From positions 544,001 to 608,000 of the forward strand of contig CBDDDZ010000004.1 in NCBI GenBank assembly GCA_965226795.1: a DNA stretch of 64,000 nucleotides, given 5' to 3'. Positions 17,822-27,721 of this stretch are shown here, one piece after another; position 1 is the first letter of the stretch, and every line of letters starts with the position of its first letter. Position numbers and translations under genes: made by a program. Below the pieces are notes generated by a model. That model did no database searches and was not told where the DNA came from. It worked only from the letters and a program-made list of their open reading frames with translations. The stretch is from Candidatus Latescibacterota bacterium (GTDB taxonomy: Bacteria > Latescibacterota > UBA2968 > GCA-2709665).

Positions 17822-19918
17822 ATGCGTATTGAAGTGCGCCACATTCGCCGGCAAAGAGCCATTTGCCTGCTGGGCAGTATCTTCGTTCTGGTCTTGATCT
17901 ACAGATTGTCTGCGCTTCAGGTCTGGACGGGTGACCTTTACAGTGCCCGTGCAAAGAGGCAGCACGAAAAGCGGACCGTATTGCAGGCGAACCGCGGTCG
18001 TATTCTGGACCGGCAGGGTCGGGTACTTGCGACGAACCTGGAAGCCCAATCGTTCTTTGTCAACAATGTAGCCGAGTTGGACAGCCTCCGATCCATCGCG
18101 GTGCGATTTTCCGGTCGCGATGGCAAGAAAAACGCCGCACTCCTGCGACGGCTTCAAGAAAAGAAATTCGTCTGGCTGGCTAGAAAGGTAATCAATGACC
18201 GGCGACAGGATCCGCTGCCAAAGGGTGTGGGCCGAATTGTCGAGATGAGGCGAAGCTATCCGATGGGTGTGCTTGCCGGACAGATGCTGGGGTATACGGA
18301 CATCGACAATATCGGAATCGAGGGCGTGGAACTGGCCTGCAATTCACTGTTGCAGGGCAAACCCGGAGATATGACGTCCACGCGAGATGCGCGTGGCGAG
18401 GTACTGGGCGCCCTGGGGGTTGTGCGGCGGATGCCCGAAGACGGCGAGGATGTGATGTTGACCGTGGATGTCGATTACCAGTCGATCGTGGAAGAGGAGT
18501 TGGCTGTGGCCGTGACCGAATTCCAGGCGGTGAACGGGATGGCGATCGTCACGTCGCCCATGTCAGGTGAGATTCTGGCGATGGCCAACGTGCCGCTCTA
18601 CGATCCGAATCATTTCGGCAAGTACGACGCGGCGGTCAGACGCAATCGAGCGGTAACCGACCTCTTTGAGCCCGGTTCCACGTTTAAGGTGGTAGCGGTG
18701 GCCGGCGGTCTGGACGCGGGTCTCTGGCAACGTGAAGATCGAATCTACTGTGAGAATGGCCAGATGTACATTTCCGGCGGTGTCCTTCGAGACACACATC
18801 CGTGCGGATGGCTCACGGTCCAGCAGGTCGTCGAAGAATCCAGCAACATCGGAACCGTGAAAATCTCTCGAAAACTGAAACAGGCAGGTCTGTTTAAATA
18901 TGTCCGTCTGTTCGGATTCGGAAGCAAAACGGCCGTGGATTTGCCGGGTGAAGTGCCCGGAAGCGTGAAAAAACCGACACGATGGTCCGGAAGAACGCGG
19001 GCATCGATGGCGATCGGGCAGGAAGTGGGTGTAACGGCATTACAGATGGTGATGGCTTACGGCGCCATTGCCAACGGCGGCAATTTAATGGTCCCGCGCA
19101 TCTATCGCCGCCGTTCTCACGACGGCAACTGGATCTCCGAACGACCCCACGTCCTGCGGCGGGTGGTTTCTGAGGAAACGGCAAAGAACATGGCCGAAAT
19201 CCTCGAAGGGGTGGTGCAGCGAGGCACGGGCGCAAACGCACGGATACCAGGCTATCGCGTAGCCGGAAAAACGGGCACCGCTCAGCGGGCAAGAGAAGGG
19301 GGGAGGGGCTACGATCCGAACCGGTATGTATCCTCATTCATCGGTTTTTTGCCGGTCGAGCGTGCTGAATTCGTGTGTATTGTGATCGTCGACAGCCCAA
19401 AGGGAATTCACTGGGGCAGCAAGGTAGCCGCACCGGTCTTCAGCCGTATTATGAAACGCATCTTGAGTCTGCGCGACACGGAAATGCGGCATCGGGCAGT
19501 CGTTAAGGCAGGTGGGAAGGAAGGCGTGGAAGCGTCCAGGCCGATATTGGCGGGATTGTCGCGGAATGTGGCGAAACGGGTAATGGATCGGCACGGTTTC
19601 AGCCCAATGAAGGTGGCCGCGGGCTCACGATTGTCAGTAAAGGCGCAGGCCACGTCGAATGATATCAGGGAATCGGAGCAGGCGACGGTTTCGGCAGATT
19701 CAGCGAAGACCATCGATTCCATCACGACGCCCAATGTGCTGGGGGTTCCATTACGCCAGGCTGTGGTTCAGTTGACGTCGTCCGGATTAGTGGTGAGCGT
19801 CTCTGGCAACGGGCGAGTCGTTTCGCAAACCCCCAGCGCCGGAATGCTGGTTGCCCGGGGCACGGTCTGCAATGTGGTGTGTAGCCCGCAGGACGTGCCA
19901 TTCCCGAACGATATGTGA
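17822..19918 (+). CDS. ftsI: Class B penicillin-binding protein FtsI with C-terminal PASTA
   Basis: RGRILDRQG, EPGSTFK (SxxK), SSN (SxN), KTGT. Confidence 0.95.
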   Translation: MRIEVRHIRRQRAICLLGSIFVLVLIYRLSALQVWTGDLYSARAKRQHEKRTVLQANRGRILDRQGRVLATNLEAQSFFVNNVAELDSLRSIAVRFSGRDGKKNAALLRRLQEKKFVWLARKVINDRRQDPLPKGVGRIVEMRRSYPMGVLAGQMLGYTDIDNIGIEGVELACNSLLQGKPGDMTSTRDARGEVLGALGVVRRMPEDGEDVMLTVDVDYQSIVEEELAVAVTEFQAVNGMAIVTSPMSGEILAMANVPLYDPNHFGKYDAAVRRNRAVTDLFEPGSTFKVVAVAGGLDAGLWQREDRIYCENGQMYISGGVLRDTHPCGWLTVQQVVEESSNIGTVKISRKLKQAGLFKYVRLFGFGSKTAVDLPGEVPGSVKKPTRWSGRTRASMAIGQEVGVTALQMVMAYGAIANGGNLMVPRIYRRRSHDGNWISERPHVLRRVVSEETAKNMAEILEGVVQRGTGANARIPGYRVAGKTGTAQRAREGGRGYDPNRYVSSFIGFLPVERAEFVCIVIVDSPKGIHWGSKVAAPVFSRIMKRILSLRDTEMRHRAVVKAGGKEGVEASRPILAGLSRNVAKRVMDRHGFSPMKVAAGSRLSVKAQATSNDIRESEQATVSADSAKTIDSITTPNVLGVPLRQAVVQLTSSGLVVSVSGNGRVVSQTPSAGMLVARGTVCNVVCSPQDVPFPNDM

Positions 19919-19931
19919 CAAAAGCCGTGTT

Positions 19932-21377
19932 ATGTGGCTGGTCGACTTCATTTCCCGGATTCCAGGGGCACAATGGCTTCATACGGGCGATCCATGGGTT
20001 ACCGGTCTGGCCACAGATTCGCGGAAGGTTCGACCGGGCGATCTGTTCGTTGCCATCCGAGGCGGACAGCTTGAGGATCGACACGCGTTTGTGCCGCAGG
20101 CCGTGGCGGCGGGGGCCGTGGCGGTGGTGGTTGAAGAGCCGGTTGAGGCGGAAGTTGCGGTCATCCGGGTACCGTCCACGCGGAAGGCGCTGGGAGTATT
20201 CGCGGATCATTTCTACGGGTCGCCCTCGCGGAAACTGCGGATGGTGGGGGTAACGGGAACCAACGGTAAGACCACGACGGCAATGCTTATACAGGCGTCT
20301 CTGGAGGCGGCCGTTGGAGTCTGCGGATTGCTCGGGACGATTGAATACCGCCTTGGCGATCGTCGGATGCCGTCGTTCATTGGAACGCCTGAAGCACACG
20401 ATCTACAGCGGTTGTTGAAGGAGATGACGGACAGCGGCTGCACTGCGGCCGTGATGGAAGTAACGTCGCACGGATTGGCATTGGACCGGGTACACGGCAT
20501 CGAATTCGACACGGCGGTGTTTACTAATTTTTCGCGGGACCATCTGGATTTTCATGAATCGTTGGAATCCTATCTGGCCGCCAAAAAGCTGCTCTTTGAC
20601 AACTTAAATCCGGATGCGCGTGCGGTGGTCAACGCGGACGACGCGGCGACCGATCGCCTTTTGCGCGACTGCAGCGCGCGGGTGGTGTCCTTCGGCCGTT
20701 CGCCGGCTGCCGATGTACGAATCATGCACGCGAATACCGACGGTTTCGGGACACGGATGGATCTGGAAACGCGTTGGGGAACCCTGCACCTTGCACTCGC
20801 GCTGCGGGGCCGTTTCCATCAGATGAACGCCGCGGCGGCAATTGCCGCAGGGCTGGCGATGGATGTAGACGCGGAATCGATTGCTGCGGCCATTCGGGAC
20901 GTGCAGGTACCTGGTCGTTTTGAAAGCGTTCAGGAAGGACAGGATTTCGGTGTGATTGTGGATTATGCACATACTCCCGACGCGCTTGGAAATGTCTTGC
21001 GGGCGGCCCGTGAGTTTACGGAAGGTCGTTTGATCTGCGTGTTTGGATGTGGGGGTGATCGAGACCGCGGCAAGCGGCCTCAGATGGGACGAATTTCCGC
21101 AGAGATGTCCGATCTGACGGTTGTGACGTCCGACAATCCCAGGACCGAAGACCCGCAGTCGATTCTCAGAGACATATCGGTGGGCGTTTGCCGCGCGGAA
21201 CACCAGGTCGAAGTTGATCGGCGAAAGGCGATTTCACTGGCTATTGGACATGCGTCGGGTGGCGATCTTGTCGTAATAGCGGGCAAGGGACACGAGAATT
21301 ACCAGGATATCGGTGGAAAGAAGATTCACTTTGACGATCGGCAGGTGGTGCGGGACGTCCTGAGGGGGCACGTATAG
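19932..21377 (+). CDS. murE: UDP-MurNAc-tripeptide synthetase (meso-DAP type)
   Basis: GVTGTNGKTT, MEVTSH, DYAHTPD, DNPR, AGKGHE. Confidence 0.97.
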   Translation: MWLVDFISRIPGAQWLHTGDPWVTGLATDSRKVRPGDLFVAIRGGQLEDRHAFVPQAVAAGAVAVVVEEPVEAEVAVIRVPSTRKALGVFADHFYGSPSRKLRMVGVTGTNGKTTTAMLIQASLEAAVGVCGLLGTIEYRLGDRRMPSFIGTPEAHDLQRLLKEMTDSGCTAAVMEVTSHGLALDRVHGIEFDTAVFTNFSRDHLDFHESLESYLAAKKLLFDNLNPDARAVVNADDAATDRLLRDCSARVVSFGRSPAADVRIMHANTDGFGTRMDLETRWGTLHLALALRGRFHQMNAAAAIAAGLAMDVDAESIAAAIRDVQVPGRFESVQEGQDFGVIVDYAHTPDALGNVLRAAREFTEGRLICVFGCGGDRDRGKRPQMGRISAEMSDLTVVTSDNPRTEDPQSILRDISVGVCRAEHQVEVDRRKAISLAIGHASGGDLVVIAGKGHENYQDIGGKKIHFDDRQVVRDVLRGHV

Positions 21378-21442
21378 TCCACTTCAGGATTCCAGAAGCT
21401 GATCGGGCTGAGACACGAAGATCGTCACCTGGAACGCGCAAT

Positions 21443-22852
21443 ATGGAAGGAATGACACTGGCGGAAGCGGCGGATGCAATGGACGGAGAGCTGGTTGGAG
21501 CCGTTGACTCGGCAATCTGTCCAACTGGTGGGTGCATCGATACGCGGGTGTTGAAGGAAGGGGAGTTGTTCTTCGCGCTCGAGGGAGAACGCGTCAACGG
21601 AATTCGCGACGGGCATCATTTTGTGGGCGATTCCTTGAAATGGGGCGCATCCGCGGCTGTCGTTTCGCGGCAATGGGCTGATGATCGAAATTCCTGCAGA
21701 TTACCCGGGACCCTGATCGTGGTCGAAAACCCGGGCCTGGCGCTGGGCGCTCTAGGCAGGGCTTACCGCCGACGATTTCAGATTCCGGTGGTGGCCGTTA
21801 CGGGTAGCAGTGGGAAAACAACAACCAAGGATATGGCTGCCGCTGTGCTGAGTACCCGATACAGGGTGCTGGCTACGGAAAGAAATTTAAACAACTGGCT
21901 TGGGGTTCCACTGACTCTGCTGCGGCTTTCAAACGCCCACGAAGCCGCGGTTGTTGAAATGGGCATCAGCGAACACGGGGGTTTGAAATGCCTGTGTGAA
22001 ATCGCCGATCCGACGATCGGTGTGATTACAAATATCGGACCTGCACATCTGGAATTTTTAGGCTCTGTAGAGGGTGTGGCTAAAGCCAAAGGGGAACTCC
22101 TGGATTATCTAGAAGAGTCTTCAATGGCTATCTTGAATTTCGATAACCTGTTCGTGTCACAGGAGCGAGCAAGACTTAAGGGGAGACTCCTGGGCTTTGG
22201 TATCGAGAAGATATGTCAGTTTCGTGGGGAGGGACTTGTCATAGACCAGGAGGGCTGCGGTCACTTCTCTCTGCAGGGCCGTTTTTTTCATCTGGTTGTA
22301 CCCGGCCGACATCAAGTTTATAACGCACTGGCCGCAACGGCGGTCGGCGCGGCGCTGGATGTGCCGGTTGAACAAGCCGCGAAAGCCCTTGGCGCGTTTC
22401 GGCCTTCGAAGCTGCGGGGCCAGATGGTTGAGAAGAATGGAATCCGGCTATTGAACGATTCGTACAATGCCAACCCCGCCTCGATGCGGGCGGCTCTGGA
22501 AACTCTGGCGCAAATGTCCAAAACCGCGGACGGCCGGCGGGTGGCGGTGCTGGGCGACATGCTGGAACTTGGCGCATCGGCCATACAGAGCCACAGGCGC
22601 CTGGGCATGCTTGCCGCCAGACTCGGAATGGACGCCATTTTCGCGCTCGGTGACATGTCAGGTCACGTATCCGAAGGAGGTATATCGGGCGGTTTGTCCC
22701 CTGAAAGGTCGCGGGCATTCAAAGACCGAGCATCCCTGGTGACAAAACTCAAGGCATTTCTCAGACCGGGCGATCTGGTACTTATGAAGGGGTCTCGCGG
22801 CCTGGCGATGGAGACGACCGCGGAAGCACTGGGTTTTAAAGTAAAATTATGA
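21443..22852 (+). CDS. murF: UDP-MurNAc-pentapeptide synthetase
   Basis: TGSSGKTTTK, NDSYNANPASM, LGDMLELG, KGSRG. Confidence 0.97.
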   Translation: MEGMTLAEAADAMDGELVGAVDSAICPTGGCIDTRVLKEGELFFALEGERVNGIRDGHHFVGDSLKWGASAAVVSRQWADDRNSCRLPGTLIVVENPGLALGALGRAYRRRFQIPVVAVTGSSGKTTTKDMAAAVLSTRYRVLATERNLNNWLGVPLTLLRLSNAHEAAVVEMGISEHGGLKCLCEIADPTIGVITNIGPAHLEFLGSVEGVAKAKGELLDYLEESSMAILNFDNLFVSQERARLKGRLLGFGIEKICQFRGEGLVIDQEGCGHFSLQGRFFHLVVPGRHQVYNALAATAVGAALDVPVEQAAKALGAFRPSKLRGQMVEKNGIRLLNDSYNANPASMRAALETLAQMSKTADGRRVAVLGDMLELGASAIQSHRRLGMLAARLGMDAIFALGDMSGHVSEGGISGGLSPERSRAFKDRASLVTKLKAFLRPGDLVLMKGSRGLAMETTAEALGFKVKL

Positions 22853-22997
22853 GATATGGCGGGCTGACAAAATCATGATTTTTTTCCATCGACGGTCATG
22901 GGCGTCTGACATTTCGTTCTTCATTCACAATCCCGATCCTTGACGTCCTGTCTTGAGATTCCATTTCGGGATCCTTATTCTCAATAAGCTCGAATAT

Positions 22998-24173
22998 ATG
23001 TCGACCGGAAGAACAGAACAGCAGACTTATCTGCTGATGTTGCTGGTGATCGGGCTGGTGGGATTCGGCCTTGTAATGGTGTATAGCGCCAGCACAGCGC
23101 TGGGGCAGGTGCGGTTTGAGAGCGGCCACTTTTTCCTGAAGCGGTGGGCGTTGCGTACGGTGGTCGGTCTCGTGGCGATGTTCTTGATTATGCGCGTGGA
23201 TTATCGATTCTGGGCACGTTTTGCCCGGATCTTTCTGGCCATCGGTTTCCTGGGATTGGCTGTTGTCCTGGTTTTCAAACTCGCGGAAGTGGGCAAGGTG
23301 CGCGGCGCATATCGATGGATTCAATTACCGGGGGGCACCCTTCAACCTTCGGATATGATGCGTCTCGCGCTGGTAGTTTATCTGGCGGAGTCTTTGAGCA
23401 GGCGCCAGGGACTGTTGAAGGATCTCGTTCAGGGTTACCTCCCACATATTGCCATAATCGGCGTTGCGATGGGAATGGTAATGCTCCAACCCGACCTCGG
23501 GACGGCTCTGGCGATCGGAATGACATGCACGCTAATGTTATATCTGGCTGGTGTGCGAGTCAAGCACATTGCTGGTACGGGGATGGTTTTGCTACCGTTG
23601 TTGTATCTCGTTGTATTTGTTGTGGGTTATCGAAAGGAACGGATGATGACGTTTTTCAGTCCGTCCGACGACATCCAGGGCGCCGGATATCACGTAATGC
23701 AGTCTCTGCTGGCGCTCGGAAGCGGCGGTTGGACCGGATTGGGTCTGGGGCAGAGTCTGCAGAAATATTTCTTTCTTCCGGAGCCACATACCGACTTTGT
23801 ATTCAGTATCGTCGGCGAAGAGTTCGGCCTGGTCGGCACGGCCGGCCTGGTGATTTGCTTTCTCATTTTTGGCCGGTGCGGGTTTCAGATTGCCCGTCGT
23901 GCACCGGATCTGCACGGATTCTTCCTGGCGTCGGGTATTACACTCATGATTCTGGTCTATGCGTTTGTGAACATGGGGGTCTGCACGGGATTGATACCGG
24001 CCACCGGGCTTCCGCTGCCCTTTATCAGTTACGGTGGATCTTCACTGCTTTTCACGTTGCTTGCCGTTGGTATTCTGATCAACATCGGGCGGTGCGGTGC
24101 GGCCGATCCTGGAACACTTCCCCAACGAACCGGTGTCGTCAGAATGCACCGGACAGGAGATCGCAGGTTCTGA
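22998..24173 (+). CDS. ftsW: SEDS peptidoglycan glycosyltransferase FtsW
   Basis: GLVMVYSAS, QPDLGT, LPEPHTDFVFS..GEE, PATGLPLPFISYGGSS. Confidence 0.96.
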   Translation: MSTGRTEQQTYLLMLLVIGLVGFGLVMVYSASTALGQVRFESGHFFLKRWALRTVVGLVAMFLIMRVDYRFWARFARIFLAIGFLGLAVVLVFKLAEVGKVRGAYRWIQLPGGTLQPSDMMRLALVVYLAESLSRRQGLLKDLVQGYLPHIAIIGVAMGMVMLQPDLGTALAIGMTCTLMLYLAGVRVKHIAGTGMVLLPLLYLVVFVVGYRKERMMTFFSPSDDIQGAGYHVMQSLLALGSGGWTGLGLGQSLQKYFFLPEPHTDFVFSIVGEEFGLVGTAGLVICFLIFGRCGFQIARRAPDLHGFFLASGITLMILVYAFVNMGVCTGLIPATGLPLPFISYGGSSLLFTLLAVGILINIGRCGAADPGTLPQRTGVVRMHRTGDRRF

Positions 24174-25279
24174 TGCCGTTACGCCTGTTGTTTGCCGTTA
24201 CCCTTACCGGCGGTCACACGGTACCCGCGCTTGGCATGGCGGCCGCGGTACGTAAGCGGTATCCGGATACGGTGATCCGATTCGTCGGTGTTGCACGAGG
24301 CGTCGAGGCCAGGCTGATTCCACGTGAGGGATATGTCCTTGAGACCTTGCCGGTTATAGGCCTTAAGCGTCGCCTGCATCTCGATTTGCTGCAATTTCCA
24401 TGGATGCTTGTGAAGGGCATCTATACCGCCTTTCGCATCCTGTTTGCGTACCATCCTCATACGGTGATCTGTACCGGAGGCCATGTCAGCGGCCCGGTGG
24501 GCGTAGCCGCGCGGTTGCTTGGCATTCCGCTGGTTCTGCACGAGTCGAATAATTTCCCCGGGCTTACCGTTCGCCTGCTGTCCCGCGCGGCCAGGCAGGT
24601 CTATCTGGCATTCGAGGGGGCAAGGCGACGCGTGGGCGGGTGTGAGAAACACGTCGTTGGCAACCCGATTCGGGAGGGATGGAAGCGCGTGGACCGGACC
24701 GAGGCGCGCCGGCGGTTCGGGCTGGACGTAGACCGGGTCACCCTGTTCGTCACGGGAGCCAGCCAGGGATCGCTGGGAATTAATCGCGTCGTGGCGGCGG
24801 CACTACCGGTATTGACGGAACGTGGCTATCAGATTTTGTGGCAGACCGGTAAGGTGGGCTACGATGCAGCGGCTTCCGCCGCGCGCTCCTGCGGAGACCG
24901 CGTAGTCGTCAGGGACTTTATCGACGACATGGCGATGGCTTACAGTACGGCCGACCTCGCGTTGACCAGGTCGGGTGCCATAACGGTGACGGAAGTGACA
25001 CAACTAGGTGTTCCTGCGTTGATGGTGCCATTACCACTCGCGGCCGAGAACCATCAGGAATTCAATGCAAGGGCCGTGGTTCGAGCCGGGGCCGCGCGGA
25101 TGGTGCCTGAATCGGAACTGAGCGCGGAAAGGCTGGTTCAGGAAGTGTCCGTGCTGGTTGATTCGAACGGCCTTCTTTCGGATATGGCCCGTCGCAGCCG
25201 CGCGCTGGCCGTTCCGGACGCGGCTGTGCGGTTGGTGGAGGGAATGGCGCGAAGTGGACTTCTGCGCGGTGAGTCTTAA
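24173..25279 (+). CDS. murG: Lipid II N-acetylglucosamine transferase MurG
   Basis: TGGH, HESN, GNPIR, GASQGS, FIDDM, HQEFNA; ATG overlaps the ftsW TGA. Confidence 0.93.
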   Translation: MPLRLLFAVTLTGGHTVPALGMAAAVRKRYPDTVIRFVGVARGVEARLIPREGYVLETLPVIGLKRRLHLDLLQFPWMLVKGIYTAFRILFAYHPHTVICTGGHVSGPVGVAARLLGIPLVLHESNNFPGLTVRLLSRAARQVYLAFEGARRRVGGCEKHVVGNPIREGWKRVDRTEARRRFGLDVDRVTLFVTGASQGSLGINRVVAAALPVLTERGYQILWQTGKVGYDAAASAARSCGDRVVVRDFIDDMAMAYSTADLALTRSGAITVTEVTQLGVPALMVPLPLAAENHQEFNARAVVRAGAARMVPESELSAERLVQEVSVLVDSNGLLSDMARRSRALAVPDAAVRLVEGMARSGLLRGES

Positions 25280-25293
25280 AGGATGGATGCCGC

Positions 25294-26682
25294 ATGGTGA
25301 AATTGAAACCGGGTTGCCGGGTGCATTTTGTGGGCATCGGGGGAGTGGGAATGAGCGCGGTCGCGGAACTGCTGTTTCAACAGGAATGCGTTGTTACCGG
25401 ATCGGACCGCGAGGCCTCCGCGCTGACGGATCGGTTGGGAATGCTGGGAATTCCCGTTCAAATCGGACACACGAGGGAGGCTGTAAAGAACGTAGACCTG
25501 GTTGTGTACACACCAGCTGCGGGACCGGACAATTCGGAGTTGACAGAAGCCCGGTCCAACGGGATTCCAACGATCAAGCGAGCCGCCCTTCTGGGGCAGT
25601 TGACGGCAGGGCACCGTGTTGTGGGGGTGACCGGTACACACGGGAAGACGACAACTACAGCCATGGTCGGCGGGGTTCTCGACGCGGCGGGTCTGGATCC
25701 CACCGTGCTGGTGGGCGGGATCGTCAGGGGGCCCGAGACAAACCTGCGGCCGGGCTCACGAACATTGTGGGCGGTCGAGGCCGATGAGTTCGACCGTTCC
25801 TTTCTGACATTGCGTCCGGAGGTGGCGGTGGTGACGTCGCTTGAGGCGGACCATCTGGACTGCTATGGAGACATGAAGGGCCTCTTTCGAGCGTTTCAGC
25901 AGTTTCTGGAACAGACAAGCCGATGTGCGGTGATGGCCTACGATGGACCTCTGGTGCGGAAACTGAACACGGGGCATCTTGAAATTTTCTCGTATGGTCT
26001 GAAGGAGGAAACAGGGATTTCTGCGCAATCCATCCTCCACGATGGCCACGGAAGTCGGTTTCAGGCGCTCGACGGCGGAAAACCCCTCGGCGATGTTGTC
26101 CTCCGGGTTCCAGGCCGGCACAATGTGAGCAATGCGCTGGCAGCTGTGGGTGTGGGCCTGGCGCTGGAACTGCCCTGGAAGGCAATACGGTCCGGACTGG
26201 AAAACTTCCGGGGTGTGCGACGCCGGCTGGAGGTGCTCGGTGATCCGGGCGGTGTGCGGGTTGTAAACGACTACGCCCATCATCCAACCGAGGTTCGCGC
26301 CGCCCTGGAAACCATCAGAGCTGGATGGACGGGCCGTTTGGTGGCTGTTTTCCAGCCACATCTGTATTCGAGAACCAGGGATTTCGCGGTTGATTTTGGG
26401 AGGGTTTTGAGTGAAGCCGATCAGGTTTGGGTCGCCGACGTCTACGCCGCTCGTGAGGATACGATTCCCGGTGTGACCGGCGAGACGGTGGCACGCCAGG
26501 TACGGAATGCCGGCTGTTCCGAAGTACACTATGTCGCGGGCCTGGACGATCTCGAGATTCGCCTTTCAGAAGCGCTTGCGTCGGGCGACCTCGTGTTGGT
26601 GATGGGTGCCGGCGACGTGGAGCAGGTTGCGTATGGACTGACTCACCGGCTGTCCGAGGGAGCACTACGGTCTGATATATGA
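25294..26682 (+). CDS. murC: UDP-MurNAc-L-alanine ligase
   Basis: HFVGIGGVGMS, GTHGKTTTT, EADEFDRSFL, DYAHHPTE, FQPHLYSRT. Confidence 0.97.
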   Translation: MVKLKPGCRVHFVGIGGVGMSAVAELLFQQECVVTGSDREASALTDRLGMLGIPVQIGHTREAVKNVDLVVYTPAAGPDNSELTEARSNGIPTIKRAALLGQLTAGHRVVGVTGTHGKTTTTAMVGGVLDAAGLDPTVLVGGIVRGPETNLRPGSRTLWAVEADEFDRSFLTLRPEVAVVTSLEADHLDCYGDMKGLFRAFQQFLEQTSRCAVMAYDGPLVRKLNTGHLEIFSYGLKEETGISAQSILHDGHGSRFQALDGGKPLGDVVLRVPGRHNVSNALAAVGVGLALELPWKAIRSGLENFRGVRRRLEVLGDPGGVRVVNDYAHHPTEVRAALETIRAGWTGRLVAVFQPHLYSRTRDFAVDFGRVLSEADQVWVADVYAAREDTIPGVTGETVARQVRNAGCSEVHYVAGLDDLEIRLSEALASGDLVLVMGAGDVEQVAYGLTHRLSEGALRSDI

Positions 26683-27613
26683 TGCTCAAAAGCGGAATTC
26701 GCTCGCCCGTGAAATTCGGGCACGCTGCAGGGGCGAACTTCTGGTTGACGAACCCTTGAAGAAACATACCCATTTGGGTTTGGGTGGGGCCGCGGATCTG
26801 TTTTTCCGGCCCGCGGACATGGACGATCTGATTACGGCGGTGCCGCTCGTTCTGGACTCCGAACTGCAAGTGTTACCTCTGGGCGGCGGAACCAACATGC
26901 TGGTGGGCGACACAGGTTTCAGGGGGCTCGTAATCTGTTTGACCCGTGGACTCGCAGGAATGGCGGTTGAATCGGATCAGGGCGAAGCGCAGGCGGGCGC
27001 GAGCCTTCAGGTGTTTTCCAGACGCTGCCAGCGCGCCGGACAGACCGGGATGGAGTTCGGCTGCGGAATTCCCGGAACCGTGGGCGGCGCAATTTGGGGA
27101 AACGCCGGCGCGTGGGGGGGGCAGATCATGGAGCGGACGGCGTGGCTGAGAGGTGTGAACCTCCGAACGGGTCAAGCGATGGAATTGCAGAAAGAATCGA
27201 TACCTTTTTCTTACCGGCACACGGATCTTCCGGCTGGATTTCTGATCGTGGAGGCGGGGTTTTTTCTGGAAGAGGACGATCCGGTGATGGTGCAGACACG
27301 CATGGACGAAATTCTTGCCCAGCGAAGAAGCTCCCAGCCGTTGTGGGCGCGCAACGCTGGCTGCATCTTCAAGAACCCGCCGGGCATGTCGGCGGGGTTG
27401 CTCATCGACAGAGCCGGTTGCAAAGGTCTATCCGTGGGCGATGTCGAAGTGTCGGATGTTCATGCGAATTTCATCGTGAATCGGGGCCGCGGCACCGCGG
27501 CGGATGTGCTCTCACTGGTCCGGAAGGTTCAAGAAAAAGTACACAAGGCTTTTGGGATCGAAATGAAGATGGAAGTTCGCGTTGTCGGCGAGCGGGGAAT
27601 CGAGAACCCCTAA
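26672..27613 (+). CDS. murB: UDP-N-acetylenolpyruvoylglucosamine reductase (start probably CTG at 26672; TTG at 26756 is the alternative)
   Basis: EPLKKHTHLGLGG, GIPGTVGGA, NAGCIFKNP, HANFIVN. Confidence 0.93.
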   Translation: MIYDAQKRNSLAREIRARCRGELLVDEPLKKHTHLGLGGAADLFFRPADMDDLITAVPLVLDSELQVLPLGGGTNMLVGDTGFRGLVICLTRGLAGMAVESDQGEAQAGASLQVFSRRCQRAGQTGMEFGCGIPGTVGGAIWGNAGAWGGQIMERTAWLRGVNLRTGQAMELQKESIPFSYRHTDLPAGFLIVEAGFFLEEDDPVMVQTRMDEILAQRRSSQPLWARNAGCIFKNPPGMSAGLLIDRAGCKGLSVGDVEVSDVHANFIVNRGRGTAADVLSLVRKVQEKVHKAFGIEMKMEVRVVGERGIENP

Positions 27614-27721
27614 AGCAGGGTACTGCGACGGGTTCCGGCAACGAATTCACCTTTGTGGCGGCTGTTTCCGGATGTGTACGCCCGAGGCACCCGGCGGATA
27701 CCTAAAACGACGGAGGTAAAT

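Noticed and set aside
23144..24172. 711-aa ORF implying a long N-terminal extension of MurG
   Set aside because: The extension is an alternate frame over ftsW; MurG homology begins at ATG 24173.
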